Origin: Patescibacteria group bacterium
Lineage (GTDB): Bacteria; Patescibacteriota; Minisyncoccia; Phycocordibacterales; UBA918
DNA: 45,091 nt
Assembly (NCBI GenBank): GCA_040386275.1
Contig: JAZKFU010000010.1
Span: 1 to 45,091 of the forward strand
Reading direction: 5' to 3'
Positions 9,257-18,980 of this stretch are shown piece by piece. Position 1 is the first letter of the stretch. Each line of letters starts with the position of its first letter. The position numbers were made by a program, and so were the translations under genes. Under the pieces are notes generated by a model, which searched no databases, was not told the origin of the DNA, and was given only the letters and a program-made list of their open reading frames with translations.

Positions 9257-10294
9257 TTATTTTTTGGGTAGTATACACGATGCCGCTTCCTTCATGGTAG
9301 AAACAAAGAAATTAGGCCGATACGCAGTTTTTGGATAGGTTTTTTCGTTACCAATGTATACCGTTTTTACATTCGCAAAACGTCCCGCTTCAACATCAGT
9401 ATGACTATCGCCAATAAACCAAGATTTACTGAGATTTAAATTTTGCTCGGTAGCGGCCTTTACAAGCATTCCGATTCCCGGCTTGCGACAGGTACAACCT
9501 TCAATAGGTCCGTGTGGGCAATGGTAGATAGCAGTAATTGTAACGCCGTGCTTTTTAAAGTAAGCAGTCATTTTTACATGCAAGGCAACCATCTGTTTTT
9601 CAGTGTAATAGCCTCGAGCAATACCTGATTGATTAGTAATAATTATCAATTTATAACCCGCCTTAACAAAAGCTTTAAACGCTGGCATAAGGTGTGGCAT
9701 AAAAACAATATCCTCCCAGCGGAATAAATATCCAGTTTTATTTTCGTTAATTACCCCATCACGATCTAAAAATATTGCCCGACCAGTTTGTTTAGACTCG
9801 GAATTAATAATTTTTTTAATTAAATCACTAGTGGAAGTTACCCATTGTTCTGCAACTGTCACCTTTCCAATCGCTACCTGGCCACCATACGATTCTACCG
9901 TCTTTCGCTCTACACAATCCTTACCCCACTCGCTCACATTAATAAAAATATCTGGCTTAAGTCGCGAAATTATGTTTACAGGAGTCAAATCATCAAACAC
10001 AACAATGTGGTGTACAAAAGGTGATTGAGCAATGGTATATGCCCGTTCACTTTCATGAAGGATAGGTTTTGAGGTTCCCTTATATCTTTTTACAGATGCA
10101 TCACTATTGAGAAATAAGAACAGCACATCACTTTTTTTAGAACACTCTTCTAAAGATTTAAAATGATACGCTGTTACAATATCAAAAGATCCAGACATAG
10201 CCCCAATGGTCAGTCCTTGTTTTTTATAGGCACGAACCATCTTCTGTGCTACCTCCAGGGTGATAATTTTCTTTTGTGGGCTGTCAGTACGCAT
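9257..10294 (-). CDS. Fusion of heptose-1-phosphate adenylyltransferase (HldC, RfaE domain II) and heptose-1,7-bisphosphate phosphatase (GmhB)
   Basis: N-terminal GSFDI...LNSDASVKRYKG..KPI..E.ERA...STSDLIKKI. C-terminal FLDRDGVINE, IITNQSGIARG, CPH....CTCRKP and IGDSHTD. Confidence 0.88.
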   Translation of the reverse strand: MRTDSPQKKIITLEVAQKMVRAYKKQGLTIGAMSGSFDIVTAYHFKSLEECSKKSDVLFLFLNSDASVKRYKGTSKPILHESERAYTIAQSPFVHHIVVFDDLTPVNIISRLKPDIFINVSEWGKDCVERKTVESYGGQVAIGKVTVAEQWVTSTSDLIKKIINSESKQTGRAIFLDRDGVINENKTGYLFRWEDIVFMPHLMPAFKAFVKAGYKLIIITNQSGIARGYYTEKQMVALHVKMTAYFKKHGVTITAIYHCPHGPIEGCTCRKPGIGMLVKAATEQNLNLSKSWFIGDSHTDVEAGRFANVKTVYIGNEKTYPKTAYRPNFFVSTMKEAASCILPKK

Positions 10295-10300
10295 ATACGA

Positions 10301-11266
10301 TTACAGTAACGCCAATAATTCTTCTATAGTTACAACCGCTGTGTGAGGTTTAGAAACTGAAATACCTGCCGCATAATTAGCTAAAGTTACTGCATCCAAC
10401 ATAGTCAGCCCGAGCGCCAGACCAATCACCGCAAATGCTATCACGGTATCCCCGGCTCCTGACACATCTCGTACATCAGTAGCAAAAGAAGGGAGACTAA
10501 AATTTTTATTCCTATCACCACCATCCGCGTAATATACACCCTTGGCTCCGAGGGTGACGAGAATGTTTGATTTAGTCTGTGAAGCTAGTGCTTGGGCTCG
10601 TTCTTCAACAGTTCCTGATTGAGTCATATCCATGAGTTCACTTTCATTGGGTGAAATCAGTGCACAATTATAAAAATAGGAAATATTTTTTGGCTTCGTA
10701 TCAACCACTACAGGAATTTTATGGCGAGCTGCAATGGTCAAAATCATTTCCATTAAGTTTGCGGTGATAAAACCTTTTCCGTAATCAGAAATACAAATTG
10801 CATCGAGACCTTGTAAGTGAGCTTCTAATTTAGCCACAACTTGGTATATCACACGCTCTCCCACTGAAGTTGTGTCCTCGGTGTCGATTCGTAGTAACTG
10901 CTGATTACCCGCCACCATTCTTTTTTTAGTAACGGTCGGTTTAGACGGATCTACAATAATTAAATGCTCTTCCTGAGTTTCTTTGAGTGAACTGAGTAGT
11001 TCCTTAACCGCTAGTCCGGAAGCATCATCTCCGACCGTACTAATCAGTGATGCTCGAATCCCCACTGTAGCTAAATTCCCCAGTACATTTCCCGCCCCTC
11101 CTAAGACTGACATTTCATTCACAATGTGAATTACCGGTACCGGCGCTTCAGCGGAGATTCGTTCTACTTTACCGTAGGTATAGGTATCAAGCATCACATC
11201 ACCAATAACCCCAATTCGAATTGAGGGAAGTTTTTCAAAAATTTTACTAATACTTGCTTTATCCAT
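10301..11266 (-). CDS. hldA: D-glycero-beta-D-manno-heptose-7-phosphate kinase (RfaE domain I, PfkB family)
   Basis: VIGDVMLDTY..G.VERISAEAPVPV, LGGAGNV, QQLLRID, SDYGKG, PNESE and DVSGAGDTV. Start placed at ATG 11266, overlapping the gmhA stop. Confidence 0.9.
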   Translation of the reverse strand: MDKASISKIFEKLPSIRIGVIGDVMLDTYTYGKVERISAEAPVPVIHIVNEMSVLGGAGNVLGNLATVGIRASLISTVGDDASGLAVKELLSSLKETQEEHLIIVDPSKPTVTKKRMVAGNQQLLRIDTEDTTSVGERVIYQVVAKLEAHLQGLDAICISDYGKGFITANLMEMILTIAARHKIPVVVDTKPKNISYFYNCALISPNESELMDMTQSGTVEERAQALASQTKSNILVTLGAKGVYYADGGDRNKNFSLPSFATDVRDVSGAGDTVIAFAVIGLALGLTMLDAVTLANYAAGISVSKPHTAVVTIEELLALL

Positions 11267-11828
11267 GAAGTTCATCAACCGCACAACACCATGAATGGTA
11301 AATTTGTTGGTGAATTTCTTGTATGTGCGCGGTAACGGTACTTGGCACTACCAAGGCCACATCAACAAATTCTTTAATAAGTCCTCCATCGTTACCAAGC
11401 AACCCAATAATTTTCATATTTTGCTTCCGAGCTTCTGAGCAAGCGTGGACAATATTTACCGAATTCCCACTGGTTGATATCCCAATAAATAAATCTCCCT
11501 CGCGACCCAACCCTTCAAGTTGACGAGAAAAGACCCGAACAAATCCATAATCATTACCAATTGATGTCAGAGCTGACGTATCGGTCGTCAGAGCAATAGC
11601 GGGATAAGAGCGCCGTTCTTTTTTAAATCGTCCCACAAATTCTGCAGCAATGTGCTGTGCGTCAGCAGCACTACCGCCATTTCCGGCAATAAAAACTGTA
11701 TTACCTTTTGTAACCGTAGACTCAATTAACTCAATAGATGCTTGCCACTCTTTACCAAACGACTCATCTCCTTGAATGACAATCATAGTCTGCATCAGTT
11801 CCCCCATGTATTGATTGAGTGTCATCAT
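11259..11828 (-). CDS. gmhA: Sedoheptulose-7-phosphate isomerase
   Basis: GNGGSAADAQHIAAEFVGRF, TSIGNDYGF..VFSRQ, ISTSGNS.N, HIQEIH. Confidence 0.95.
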   Translation of the reverse strand: MMTLNQYMGELMQTMIVIQGDESFGKEWQASIELIESTVTKGNTVFIAGNGGSAADAQHIAAEFVGRFKKERRSYPAIALTTDTSALTSIGNDYGFVRVFSRQLEGLGREGDLFIGISTSGNSVNIVHACSEARKQNMKIIGLLGNDGGLIKEFVDVALVVPSTVTAHIQEIHQQIYHSWCCAVDELHG

Positions 11829-11907
11829 AATGTTCGAATATAGTACACTGCACGTTCAAATGCGTAGTATTTACAATGGTTAATTCTTCTGTTCCAATCA
11901 AATCTAT

Positions 11908-12684
11908 CTAGGGTTTCTTGGCAACTCCAATTAAAATATCTCGCATAACTGGATGCAACGTTAGGTCAAGCATGGCATTAAAAATTTTACGAGCTTTACT
12001 TTCGTGAGCTTTAAAAATCGGAGTTTCAGCTTTGAAGCCGGTTTTCACTACCCCGTCCTCAAGCCGCAACTTCATAAATCTTCGTCCAAAGTCCATTGAT
12101 GAAACAGAAATAACGTATTCCGGATCATAGCCATATTCCATAAACATTCTTTGAAAGGCCGTTATGCAGTAGGGATGAATATGGGTGTAGTCGTTCCAAA
12201 AATACAATGGCGAAAACGGTACAAACAATCGAGTCCAATTAGGGGTTTCAATAAAAACCCGTCCCCCGCTTTTTAGTAACGTAAAACACGCATCAATCAT
12301 GGTGTTCGGGTACACAATATGTTCAATCACGTGTTCATTAAAAATAGCATCGTACGTACCAGCCGGGAAAAATTCCGCCGCTGCCCCAGCTTCACATTTT
12401 ACAAAGTTAACGCCTACGGGCAAAAATGGGCGCATGTCCGTGAGGTCACAAGCATCAATCTGAATATCAGGACGAAACGCCTGAATCAAACAAATAGTTT
12501 TTCCCTTACCACAACCCAAATCGAGCACTCGACCATTCTGCGGAATCGAATTAATAAAACCAATTAAGTATTTCATTCGGTACTTTGGTAACCGAGATTG
12601 GTAAAAATCTTTACTTTTAGCACTGGTATCTACAGGAGCACTACCAAAGTATCGATCAGGAAATTCAGTGTTGGTTGTATTCAT
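11908..12684 (-). CDS. Class I SAM-dependent methyltransferase
   Basis: VLDLGCGKG, HVIEHI, LKSGGRVFIETPN, DYTHIHPY. Confidence 0.85.
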   Translation of the reverse strand: MNTTNTEFPDRYFGSAPVDTSAKSKDFYQSRLPKYRMKYLIGFINSIPQNGRVLDLGCGKGKTICLIQAFRPDIQIDACDLTDMRPFLPVGVNFVKCEAGAAAEFFPAGTYDAIFNEHVIEHIVYPNTMIDACFTLLKSGGRVFIETPNWTRLFVPFSPLYFWNDYTHIHPYCITAFQRMFMEYGYDPEYVISVSSMDFGRRFMKLRLEDGVVKTGFKAETPIFKAHESKARKIFNAMLDLTLHPVMRDILIGVAKKP

Positions 12685-12693
12685 AGGATAATT

Positions 12694-13347
12694 TTAATCT
12701 AATATGGAAACTTTGAATAATTTCCTGTTTTGACATTCATTTATTTCAGAAAATGTATAATTTTTATTAATTTCCAAAAATTCTCGCAATGCTCGTTGCT
12801 CCCCCTCATCCTGGCCAAATGAATGCCAATCGTCAAAAATGACAATTGTACCAGTTTGCAACAATGGTTTTATAAAATTAAGAACTGTAACAGTAGAGTC
12901 ATAAATGTCACAATCAATTAAAATGACCGCGGCCTTAAATGGCATCAATTCAGCTTGTAGCTGTGGCGTCAGTGAATCCGAAAAGTAACCTTTTATGAGA
13001 TGTTCCTTATGGGTAAAAGCATTAGTCCTCAGTAAATTATTAATTACCTTTTCGTACGTCACTTTAAATCTTTGGAAACCAAATCCCCCTCCTTCGTTAT
13101 TTTCTGGCATCCCTTCAAACGAATCAAAACCAAAGTGATGTATGTCAGGAGATAATTTCGCTGCCTGCCCAAAGGTGTAGCCTTGATATAATCCGAATTC
13201 ATAATAGTGTCCTGCAATTTTATGTTGCAAAGCGTAGGTAACTGCTAATACAGTCTGTCCTCCTAAGGGGTAAAAAAAACCAAATTCATCACGTAAGATT
13301 TTTTTTACTTTACTAGCAACTCTTGATGATAATGATTTTTGACTCAT
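12694..13347 (-). CDS. TylF/MycF/NovP-family sugar O-methyltransferase
   Basis: YYEFGLYQG, FDSFEGMP, IKGYFSDSL, IDCDIYDST, IFDDW. Confidence 0.88.
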   Translation of the reverse strand: MSQKSLSSRVASKVKKILRDEFGFFYPLGGQTVLAVTYALQHKIAGHYYEFGLYQGYTFGQAAKLSPDIHHFGFDSFEGMPENNEGGGFGFQRFKVTYEKVINNLLRTNAFTHKEHLIKGYFSDSLTPQLQAELMPFKAAVILIDCDIYDSTVTVLNFIKPLLQTGTIVIFDDWHSFGQDEGEQRALREFLEINKNYTFSEINECQNRKLFKVSILD

Positions 13348-14402
13348 GATAATTTTTTACTTATTGCTTCTTTGATTTCTTCCTGCGGAATTCTGTACAT
13401 GCATCTATAATACTTCACCCCATCCTCGTATTCAAAACAATTTCCAGTTTTATCACCCTGACACGTGCAAACTGACAAATTCATAAGGACAGTTACCGTT
13501 GGATTATAGTACGGCAACCAACACGGATTTGAGTTATTACCCACCACAATGGTTAGCGCCCCAACATGAGCAGCAATATGAGTGGGGCCAGTATCCACCC
13601 CGACAAACAAAGCCGCTCTTGCAGATAAAGAAAATGAATCCAGGAACGACCTACAAATATCTTGGCTGAAATACACCTCAGTATGATTCTTGGGAATTAA
13701 AGCTAACGCTGCCGCTCGGTCAGCTGGCCCTCCTGAAATTACCACACTGTAATGAGGATAGGTTGATCGGAGCCAATTAATCAATTCTTGCCAGCGTGCC
13801 GGGGGCAATGAACGAGAAATGGATGCTGCAAATGGATGCACTAATATATACGACTGTTGGTGTAATTGAACAATTGGTTCACCATGAGCAAATAATAATT
13901 GTGGCGTATGAGCACGAGGTGTAATTCCAGTTGACTGTATCGCTTCCTCTTGTGACGTAAATATAGACTGTTCTAGATTTCGTTTGAGAATCGTAGTAAA
14001 GAAAAAACCATTCCTCCAGGTATGTTCACCAAAAATAATTGAACGACTTTGTGGATTTAGTAAAGTAATGATTCTCGTCATCCAGGCATGGATGAGGTTT
14101 ACTGATCCAAATGAAAGTGGATGGAGCACGATTTGTCTTCGTCCAAATCCATTCCAAACAATACTTGCTATAGTGCCTAATGATTTTTTACTCACCGTCA
14201 CTAAAGTAATATGGGGATACTGCGTAAGCAAATCGTCATACAAACGCCGATTATCTCCATTGACTACTATAAAAAGCCGCCCTCTTTGATCAGCCGGCAA
14301 ACCAAAATAGGCAGCTTCAAGGGTATGAATACCCAGCAACGTAACTCCGATACTGTGTCCTACAAAAAACCATACATCTGTGGGGAGCGTTTTTTTAGAC
14401 AT
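13344..14402 (-). CDS. GT9 family (ADP-heptose-type) glycosyltransferase
   Basis: ILVHPFAAS..RSLP..RW.EL, ISGGPAD, LFVGVDTGPTHIAA, Cys-rich C-terminus ending CM..I. Confidence 0.8.
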   Translation of the reverse strand: MSKKTLPTDVWFFVGHSIGVTLLGIHTLEAAYFGLPADQRGRLFIVVNGDNRRLYDDLLTQYPHITLVTVSKKSLGTIASIVWNGFGRRQIVLHPLSFGSVNLIHAWMTRIITLLNPQSRSIIFGEHTWRNGFFFTTILKRNLEQSIFTSQEEAIQSTGITPRAHTPQLLFAHGEPIVQLHQQSYILVHPFAASISRSLPPARWQELINWLRSTYPHYSVVISGGPADRAAALALIPKNHTEVYFSQDICRSFLDSFSLSARAALFVGVDTGPTHIAAHVGALTIVVGNNSNPCWLPYYNPTVTVLMNLSVCTCQGDKTGNCFEYEDGVKYYRCMYRIPQEEIKEAISKKLS

Positions 14403-14521
14403 ACAATGTTTTAAAATCAGAATTTCGAATGTTACTTCCTTTTACAAGTGTTACGGTATCATACATTATTTTATATTTTGCTGTAATGAATTTGAAAAAA
14501 GTAATAACAGTTTAGTATGTA

Positions 14522-14550
14522 TTGATTAATATTCATATTTGTTGTATAAG
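14522..14550 (+). promoter_or_regulatory. Candidate sigma70 promoter for the NUDIX gene
   Basis: TTGATT-17 nt-TATAAG, about 55 nt upstream of ATG 14606. Confidence 0.4.
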
Positions 14551-14605
14551 AACGTTAGATAAGAAGTGTCTAGATTCCCCCTACACCTTCAAAAGGTTCT
14601 CAAAG

Positions 14606-15328
14606 ATGTCAAAAAAGCGTCAAGTAATCCACCCAGACTGGCTTCCTGCCCATACACTCAACTATTTAAGAATAACGGAATTCACTCGTCCAGGTAACTC
14701 CTACTCTGACATTGTGTTCGGTCGAAGCAATGGGACGGACCTGGCTGTCAAAGCTCTGGCCATAGTTATTCCTGAACAAGTCGCGCACCTGTTTACGAGC
14801 AATATGTCTCTGGATGACATAATGCATGAACTGCTTAATCATCTCACACAGACGTTTGTGATTGTGATTCACCAGTACCGACCTATCACCTACCTACCCT
14901 GGAGTGATGATGGAAAAGATACTGAGGTCAAATACAATGTCCAAGTTGAGTTGCCTGGAGGCATTATCGAAGCGGGAGAACTAAAAGGTTTCGCCGCCAA
15001 GCGTGAGCTACTCGAAGAAGCCGGGTTATGGAACCATCGCATTCTGTGCGTGACGGATCTGTACTTTGGATTCTTGGCTAACTCGGCTGGTCATCAACAA
15101 GAACGGTACGGCATGAGTCTCATAATCGCCACTGGCGAAATAGGCTCGGTCACTGCCGAACAAAATGAGGAAGGAATTGTACGGGCGGAATTGATTCCCT
15201 TTAATCACGTTCACCGCCATCTTGATACCTTGGCAGAAAACGGATACCTGATTGAGTGGGCGGCGTACCTCGGAACCGACCGACTGGCTCGACTCTTGTT
15301 TGAGCATCACCTGTCGTCACTGTCGTAA
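14606..15328 (+). CDS. NUDIX hydrolase (ADP-ribose/ADP-sugar pyrophosphatase-like)
   Basis: Perfect Nudix box G-IIEAG-E-LKGFAAK-RELLEEAGL preceded by ELPG. AAAGG precedes ATG 14606. Confidence 0.8.
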   Translation: MSKKRQVIHPDWLPAHTLNYLRITEFTRPGNSYSDIVFGRSNGTDLAVKALAIVIPEQVAHLFTSNMSLDDIMHELLNHLTQTFVIVIHQYRPITYLPWSDDGKDTEVKYNVQVELPGGIIEAGELKGFAAKRELLEEAGLWNHRILCVTDLYFGFLANSAGHQQERYGMSLIIATGEIGSVTAEQNEEGIVRAELIPFNHVHRHLDTLAENGYLIEWAAYLGTDRLARLLFEHHLSSLS

Positions 15329-15347
15329 TCGCTTCTGGCAAAAAACT

Positions 15348-15372
15348 AAAGGCACCTCCCCAGGTGCCTTTT
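15348..15372 (+). terminator. Intrinsic terminator
   Basis: AAAGGCACCT-CCCC-AGGTGCCTTT-T just after the NUDIX stop. Confidence 0.8.
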
Positions 15373-15469
15373 CATATATTAAATTAACTAATATATTTAT
15401 TTACACAAAGGGATTTTAAATCTTTAAACCGGTAACATAAAACCTTGAAACTGAGTTACAATACTGTCT

Positions 15470-16738
15470 ATGTATCAAAAATCTATAAATTTTATTGAAC
15501 GTCGTTTTGGTATAGATGCCCATTACTTTGTTTCTAACAGTTTTTGGGTTGCTTGTAATCAAGCTACCACAATTGCAGGATCGCTCATGGTTACGGCTGT
15601 TTTTGCACACCTTCTCAGTGAAGAACTGTTTGGTAATTATAGATACTTGGTTGTGCTCGCCTCTTTGTTTTCCGTTGTTTCATTAAATAGTATCAGTCAA
15701 TCTGTATTACAAACCTCAAGCCAAGGTTACTTAGGCTACTACCAAAGCGCACTCAAGCTAGGGCTATTATCTAATCTAGGAACTACAGTCGCAGCTTTAC
15801 TTGTAGGTGGCTATTATTTGTATCAAAATAATCAATTGCTAGGGTATTGCTGCCTGGCTATAGCGATCTTGCAACCATTCATTAGTAATTATTTTACTAT
15901 TTTTAGTTTGTTAGCAGGTCAACAAAAATTCCGGGCTGTAGCAATATTTCAAACAATAAAAGTTATTATCATTACGCTCGGGAGTATTATTAGTGTTTTA
16001 TTAACTCATAATATATTTATAGTTTTTGTTACTTATTTAGCGCTTCAGTTAGTAACTAACATAATGGCACACTTATTTTTCAAACCTAATCCTAATGAAA
16101 TTAAAAAACCCATCTCTAAAGAAATAGAGAAAAAATATAATCATTTTGCTTTTCATTTAAGTGTTCAAAATGGAATTCTTTCGGCTGCAAACCGACTTGA
16201 CTCAATTATTGTATTTCAATTTCTGGGAGCGACTTCTCTTGCTATATATTCAATTGCTTTAATTGTACCTGATCAATTCAAAAGTTTGGTAAAAAATTTC
16301 TCCACGTTATTATTTCCTAAATATGTACACTACACCTCAGAACAACTCGTACGAAGTATTCCGGGCCGTAGTTTCCAATTATTTGTAATTCTCCTTTTTC
16401 TCACAGGACTCTATATTATTTCTGCACCATTTATAATAAATTGGATACTGCCAAAATACGCTTCGGCGATTATCTATACGCAGCTCCTCTCTCTCGCTAT
16501 TCCTTCATCTATTTTGTACATCGTTCAAAGTGCACTCAAATCACAAACTAATAATACGCAACTTTATTATATTCAATTTTCTCAAGCAGCTTTAAAAATT
16601 ATATTTGTTTTTGTTGGTATATATTTTTATGGACTTTGGGGTGCAGTAGCCGCTTATATTATTAGTTCGTATATAGAAGTTGCTTTATATTATGGAGTGT
16701 ATTTTGTTCAATCAATTCGAAAACACCCTACTGCTTAA
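15470..16738 (+). CDS. Wzx-type oligosaccharide flippase (MOP/PST family)
   Basis: About 12 TMs. LS.ELFGNY, RLDSII...FLGATSLAIYSIA..VPDQ, GLWGAVAA. TACAAT lies 7 nt upstream of the ATG. Confidence 0.85.
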   Translation: MYQKSINFIERRFGIDAHYFVSNSFWVACNQATTIAGSLMVTAVFAHLLSEELFGNYRYLVVLASLFSVVSLNSISQSVLQTSSQGYLGYYQSALKLGLLSNLGTTVAALLVGGYYLYQNNQLLGYCCLAIAILQPFISNYFTIFSLLAGQQKFRAVAIFQTIKVIIITLGSIISVLLTHNIFIVFVTYLALQLVTNIMAHLFFKPNPNEIKKPISKEIEKKYNHFAFHLSVQNGILSAANRLDSIIVFQFLGATSLAIYSIALIVPDQFKSLVKNFSTLLFPKYVHYTSEQLVRSIPGRSFQLFVILLFLTGLYIISAPFIINWILPKYASAIIYTQLLSLAIPSSILYIVQSALKSQTNNTQLYYIQFSQAALKIIFVFVGIYFYGLWGAVAAYIISSYIEVALYYGVYFVQSIRKHPTA

Positions 16739-17357
16739 CCATTACAACAAAATGCCCCAATGGAAGACGGGATGAAAGTGTGCGATATTTTCTTGAGATT
16801 TTATTTAAAAACATATCAGATCGTATCGCTATTCTTTTGAAATAATGTTTTAAAAAATCATTAGGCAAAGCACCAAAAATACACTGGTAACCAAGTGAAA
16901 AAAATCCTTCTCCCAAAGTAGTGATACTTGTAATTTTGCAATTATTTTTTTCAGCCAATCGTCTATACGCCGATTCGGTATACCGCAAATAGTCATCAGG
17001 AGAACCATGAATGTGGTGCATGAAAGGCGTAGCAAAAGCCAATGTGCCACCTGATTTAACACACCTCACAATTTCACTAAAGACCAAATTTGTTTCAAAA
17101 ATATGCTCTAACACATTAAGACAAATAGCATTATCAAATTGACTATCCTGTAACGGAAAAGGAGTTTCTATATCATGAAATAAGTTAGGCTCACAAGCTG
17201 GATCAAGGTTAACAACAAAAAAAGAATGAGTGCCTTTAATTAATTCGTGATATCCAGATTTAGTACTACCGCCAATATCTAAAATAGTTCCTGTTAACGT
17301 TAATTTTTCTACTTGAGCATATTCTCCTTCTCTAATTATAGATTTTATATTGGTCAT
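16728..17357 (-). CDS. Class I SAM-dependent methyltransferase
   Basis: ILDIGG, FDNAICLNVLEH, TPFMHHIHGSPDDYLRYT. Confidence 0.85.
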   Translation of the reverse strand: MTNIKSIIREGEYAQVEKLTLTGTILDIGGSTKSGYHELIKGTHSFFVVNLDPACEPNLFHDIETPFPLQDSQFDNAICLNVLEHIFETNLVFSEIVRCVKSGGTLAFATPFMHHIHGSPDDYLRYTESAYRRLAEKNNCKITSITTLGEGFFSLGYQCIFGALPNDFLKHYFKRIAIRSDMFLNKISRKYRTLSSRLPLGHFVVMVKQ

Positions 17358-18142
17358 TTTATTTCAGCGTTAAATAGATACCTGTCTGTTCTAATTTGAG
17401 TCCATTGCATTGTAAAGTCTTTAAACCAGTATTCAAATTCATCTTTTGTTACTGTACCTAAATCAAAGTGAATTTCACCAATATACGCTGTCGCATAATC
17501 CGCGGGATTGATTGATTTAAATATATCAAACTCTGCCCCTTCGACATCAAATTTAATTAAATCTGCTTTTGCTATGGCATTTTTTTCAAATAACTCAGTG
17601 AGTGTAATTAAGGGTACGGTAACTGAATGATGTGAATCTTTACGGGCCAAAACAGAATGCCCCAAACTACTTGAGCCGATGTTTAATTCTATTGTCCCAT
17701 TACTACCACCTACCGCAGCTTGAACAGGTTTTATATTCGCAATAGCTGCTGTGTGTTTTACTAATCGAGAATAGTTTTCAGGCGAAGGCTCTACTGCAAT
17801 AACAGTTGCATCAGGAAAACGGGCATTATAATAGAGCGTTGTATCACCAAAGTGAGCACCGAGGTCCACAATCACTTTTGGATTTTCTATTGGACACCAG
17901 GCATATTCATTATCAATAAACACTTCTCTTAACACTGCAATATCCATTGGGTATTTTAAGTAAAAGGTTATTTCCCTACTATTAAAAACTGAATTGAGTT
18001 TGATATCATTTTGTGACTGCTTGAACATTTTTCTAGACAAAATGAAGTAGTACAAAGTAGCCGCAATACGTAATTGCCTATAGAGTGATCCTCCGGACAA
18101 CAGTCGTGCAAGTGAAGGAATAATACTGAATAAAGTTGTCAT
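17354..18142 (-). CDS. FkbM family methyltransferase
   Basis: IVDLGAHFG, VEPSPEN, IKFDVEGAE, GEIH. Confidence 0.88.
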   Translation of the reverse strand: MTTLFSIIPSLARLLSGGSLYRQLRIAATLYYFILSRKMFKQSQNDIKLNSVFNSREITFYLKYPMDIAVLREVFIDNEYAWCPIENPKVIVDLGAHFGDTTLYYNARFPDATVIAVEPSPENYSRLVKHTAAIANIKPVQAAVGGSNGTIELNIGSSSLGHSVLARKDSHHSVTVPLITLTELFEKNAIAKADLIKFDVEGAEFDIFKSINPADYATAYIGEIHFDLGTVTKDEFEYWFKDFTMQWTQIRTDRYLFNAEIK

Positions 18143-18154
18143 ATAAATTAAGTA

Positions 18155-18919
18155 CTAGAATGGAGTATCTGAACTAAATGAAACTCCTAAGTCATTTCCA
18201 TTCTTAGAACTATCTTCATACGTACCGTCAAAATTCCAATACCCTTCTAAACCGACACCACTTTTAACTGCTTTGGGATTGGTGAATAATGATTGGATTT
18301 CATTAGCTTGCAATGACCGGCTCCAGATTTTAACTTCATCCAGTGCTCCATCATAAAAATTAGTTCGTGAATCTCGGCCACCAATAACAAAATCGGTATC
18401 AGTATCGGCAATACTGGTTGGCATGACATTTTCTAAAGATTTACCAATAGAATTACCGTTCACAAAAAGCTCTGCTGTTCCATTGGCTGCTGTATACACC
18501 ATGGCGACATGGAACCATTCCTGAGCGTTTTTACCATGAGGTAGTCGGTGTATACCATACCCGTACCCTCCATTTTGAGCATTTAACCCAATCCCAACAT
18601 CTCCATCTTCAAGATAAAAAAGGAATGAAGTTCGATCAATATCACTCCATTTTGAAACGAGGATTTGGTGTCCTGCTAAATTGTTTTGTTTCACCCATAA
18701 AGCAATTGTCATATCTCCAGTAATATCAAGACCCGTTTGTGCCTCATCACTAATGGCCACATATGAACGTTCAGTTCCGTCAAAGGTTAATGATGATTTG
18801 GTTGAAGCAGCTAATACATTATCAGGAATGATTACCCATGATAGGAGTCCTAACGCCACCACTGTCACCGGAGCAAGTACAAATTTATTAAAAATCAAAA
18901 CACTAAAATTTTTATACAT
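18155..18919 (-). CDS. Secreted or membrane-anchored LamG/concanavalin-A-like lectin domain protein
   Basis: N-terminal hydrophobic signal, then SLTFDG, MTIALWVK, WFHVAMVY, LFVNG, GALDEVKIWSRSL, GYWNFD...DSSKNGN. Start ATG 18919 lies 7 nt after TAAAAT. Confidence 0.85.
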   Translation of the reverse strand: MYKNFSVLIFNKFVLAPVTVVALGLLSWVIIPDNVLAASTKSSLTFDGTERSYVAISDEAQTGLDITGDMTIALWVKQNNLAGHQILVSKWSDIDRTSFLFYLEDGDVGIGLNAQNGGYGYGIHRLPHGKNAQEWFHVAMVYTAANGTAELFVNGNSIGKSLENVMPTSIADTDTDFVIGGRDSRTNFYDGALDEVKIWSRSLQANEIQSLFTNPKAVKSGVGLEGYWNFDGTYEDSSKNGNDLGVSFSSDTPF

Positions 18920-18980
18920 GAAGTTTATTTTAACAATTTTAAATAAGAGTACGAATGCCTTAAATATACCATAGGAAAAA

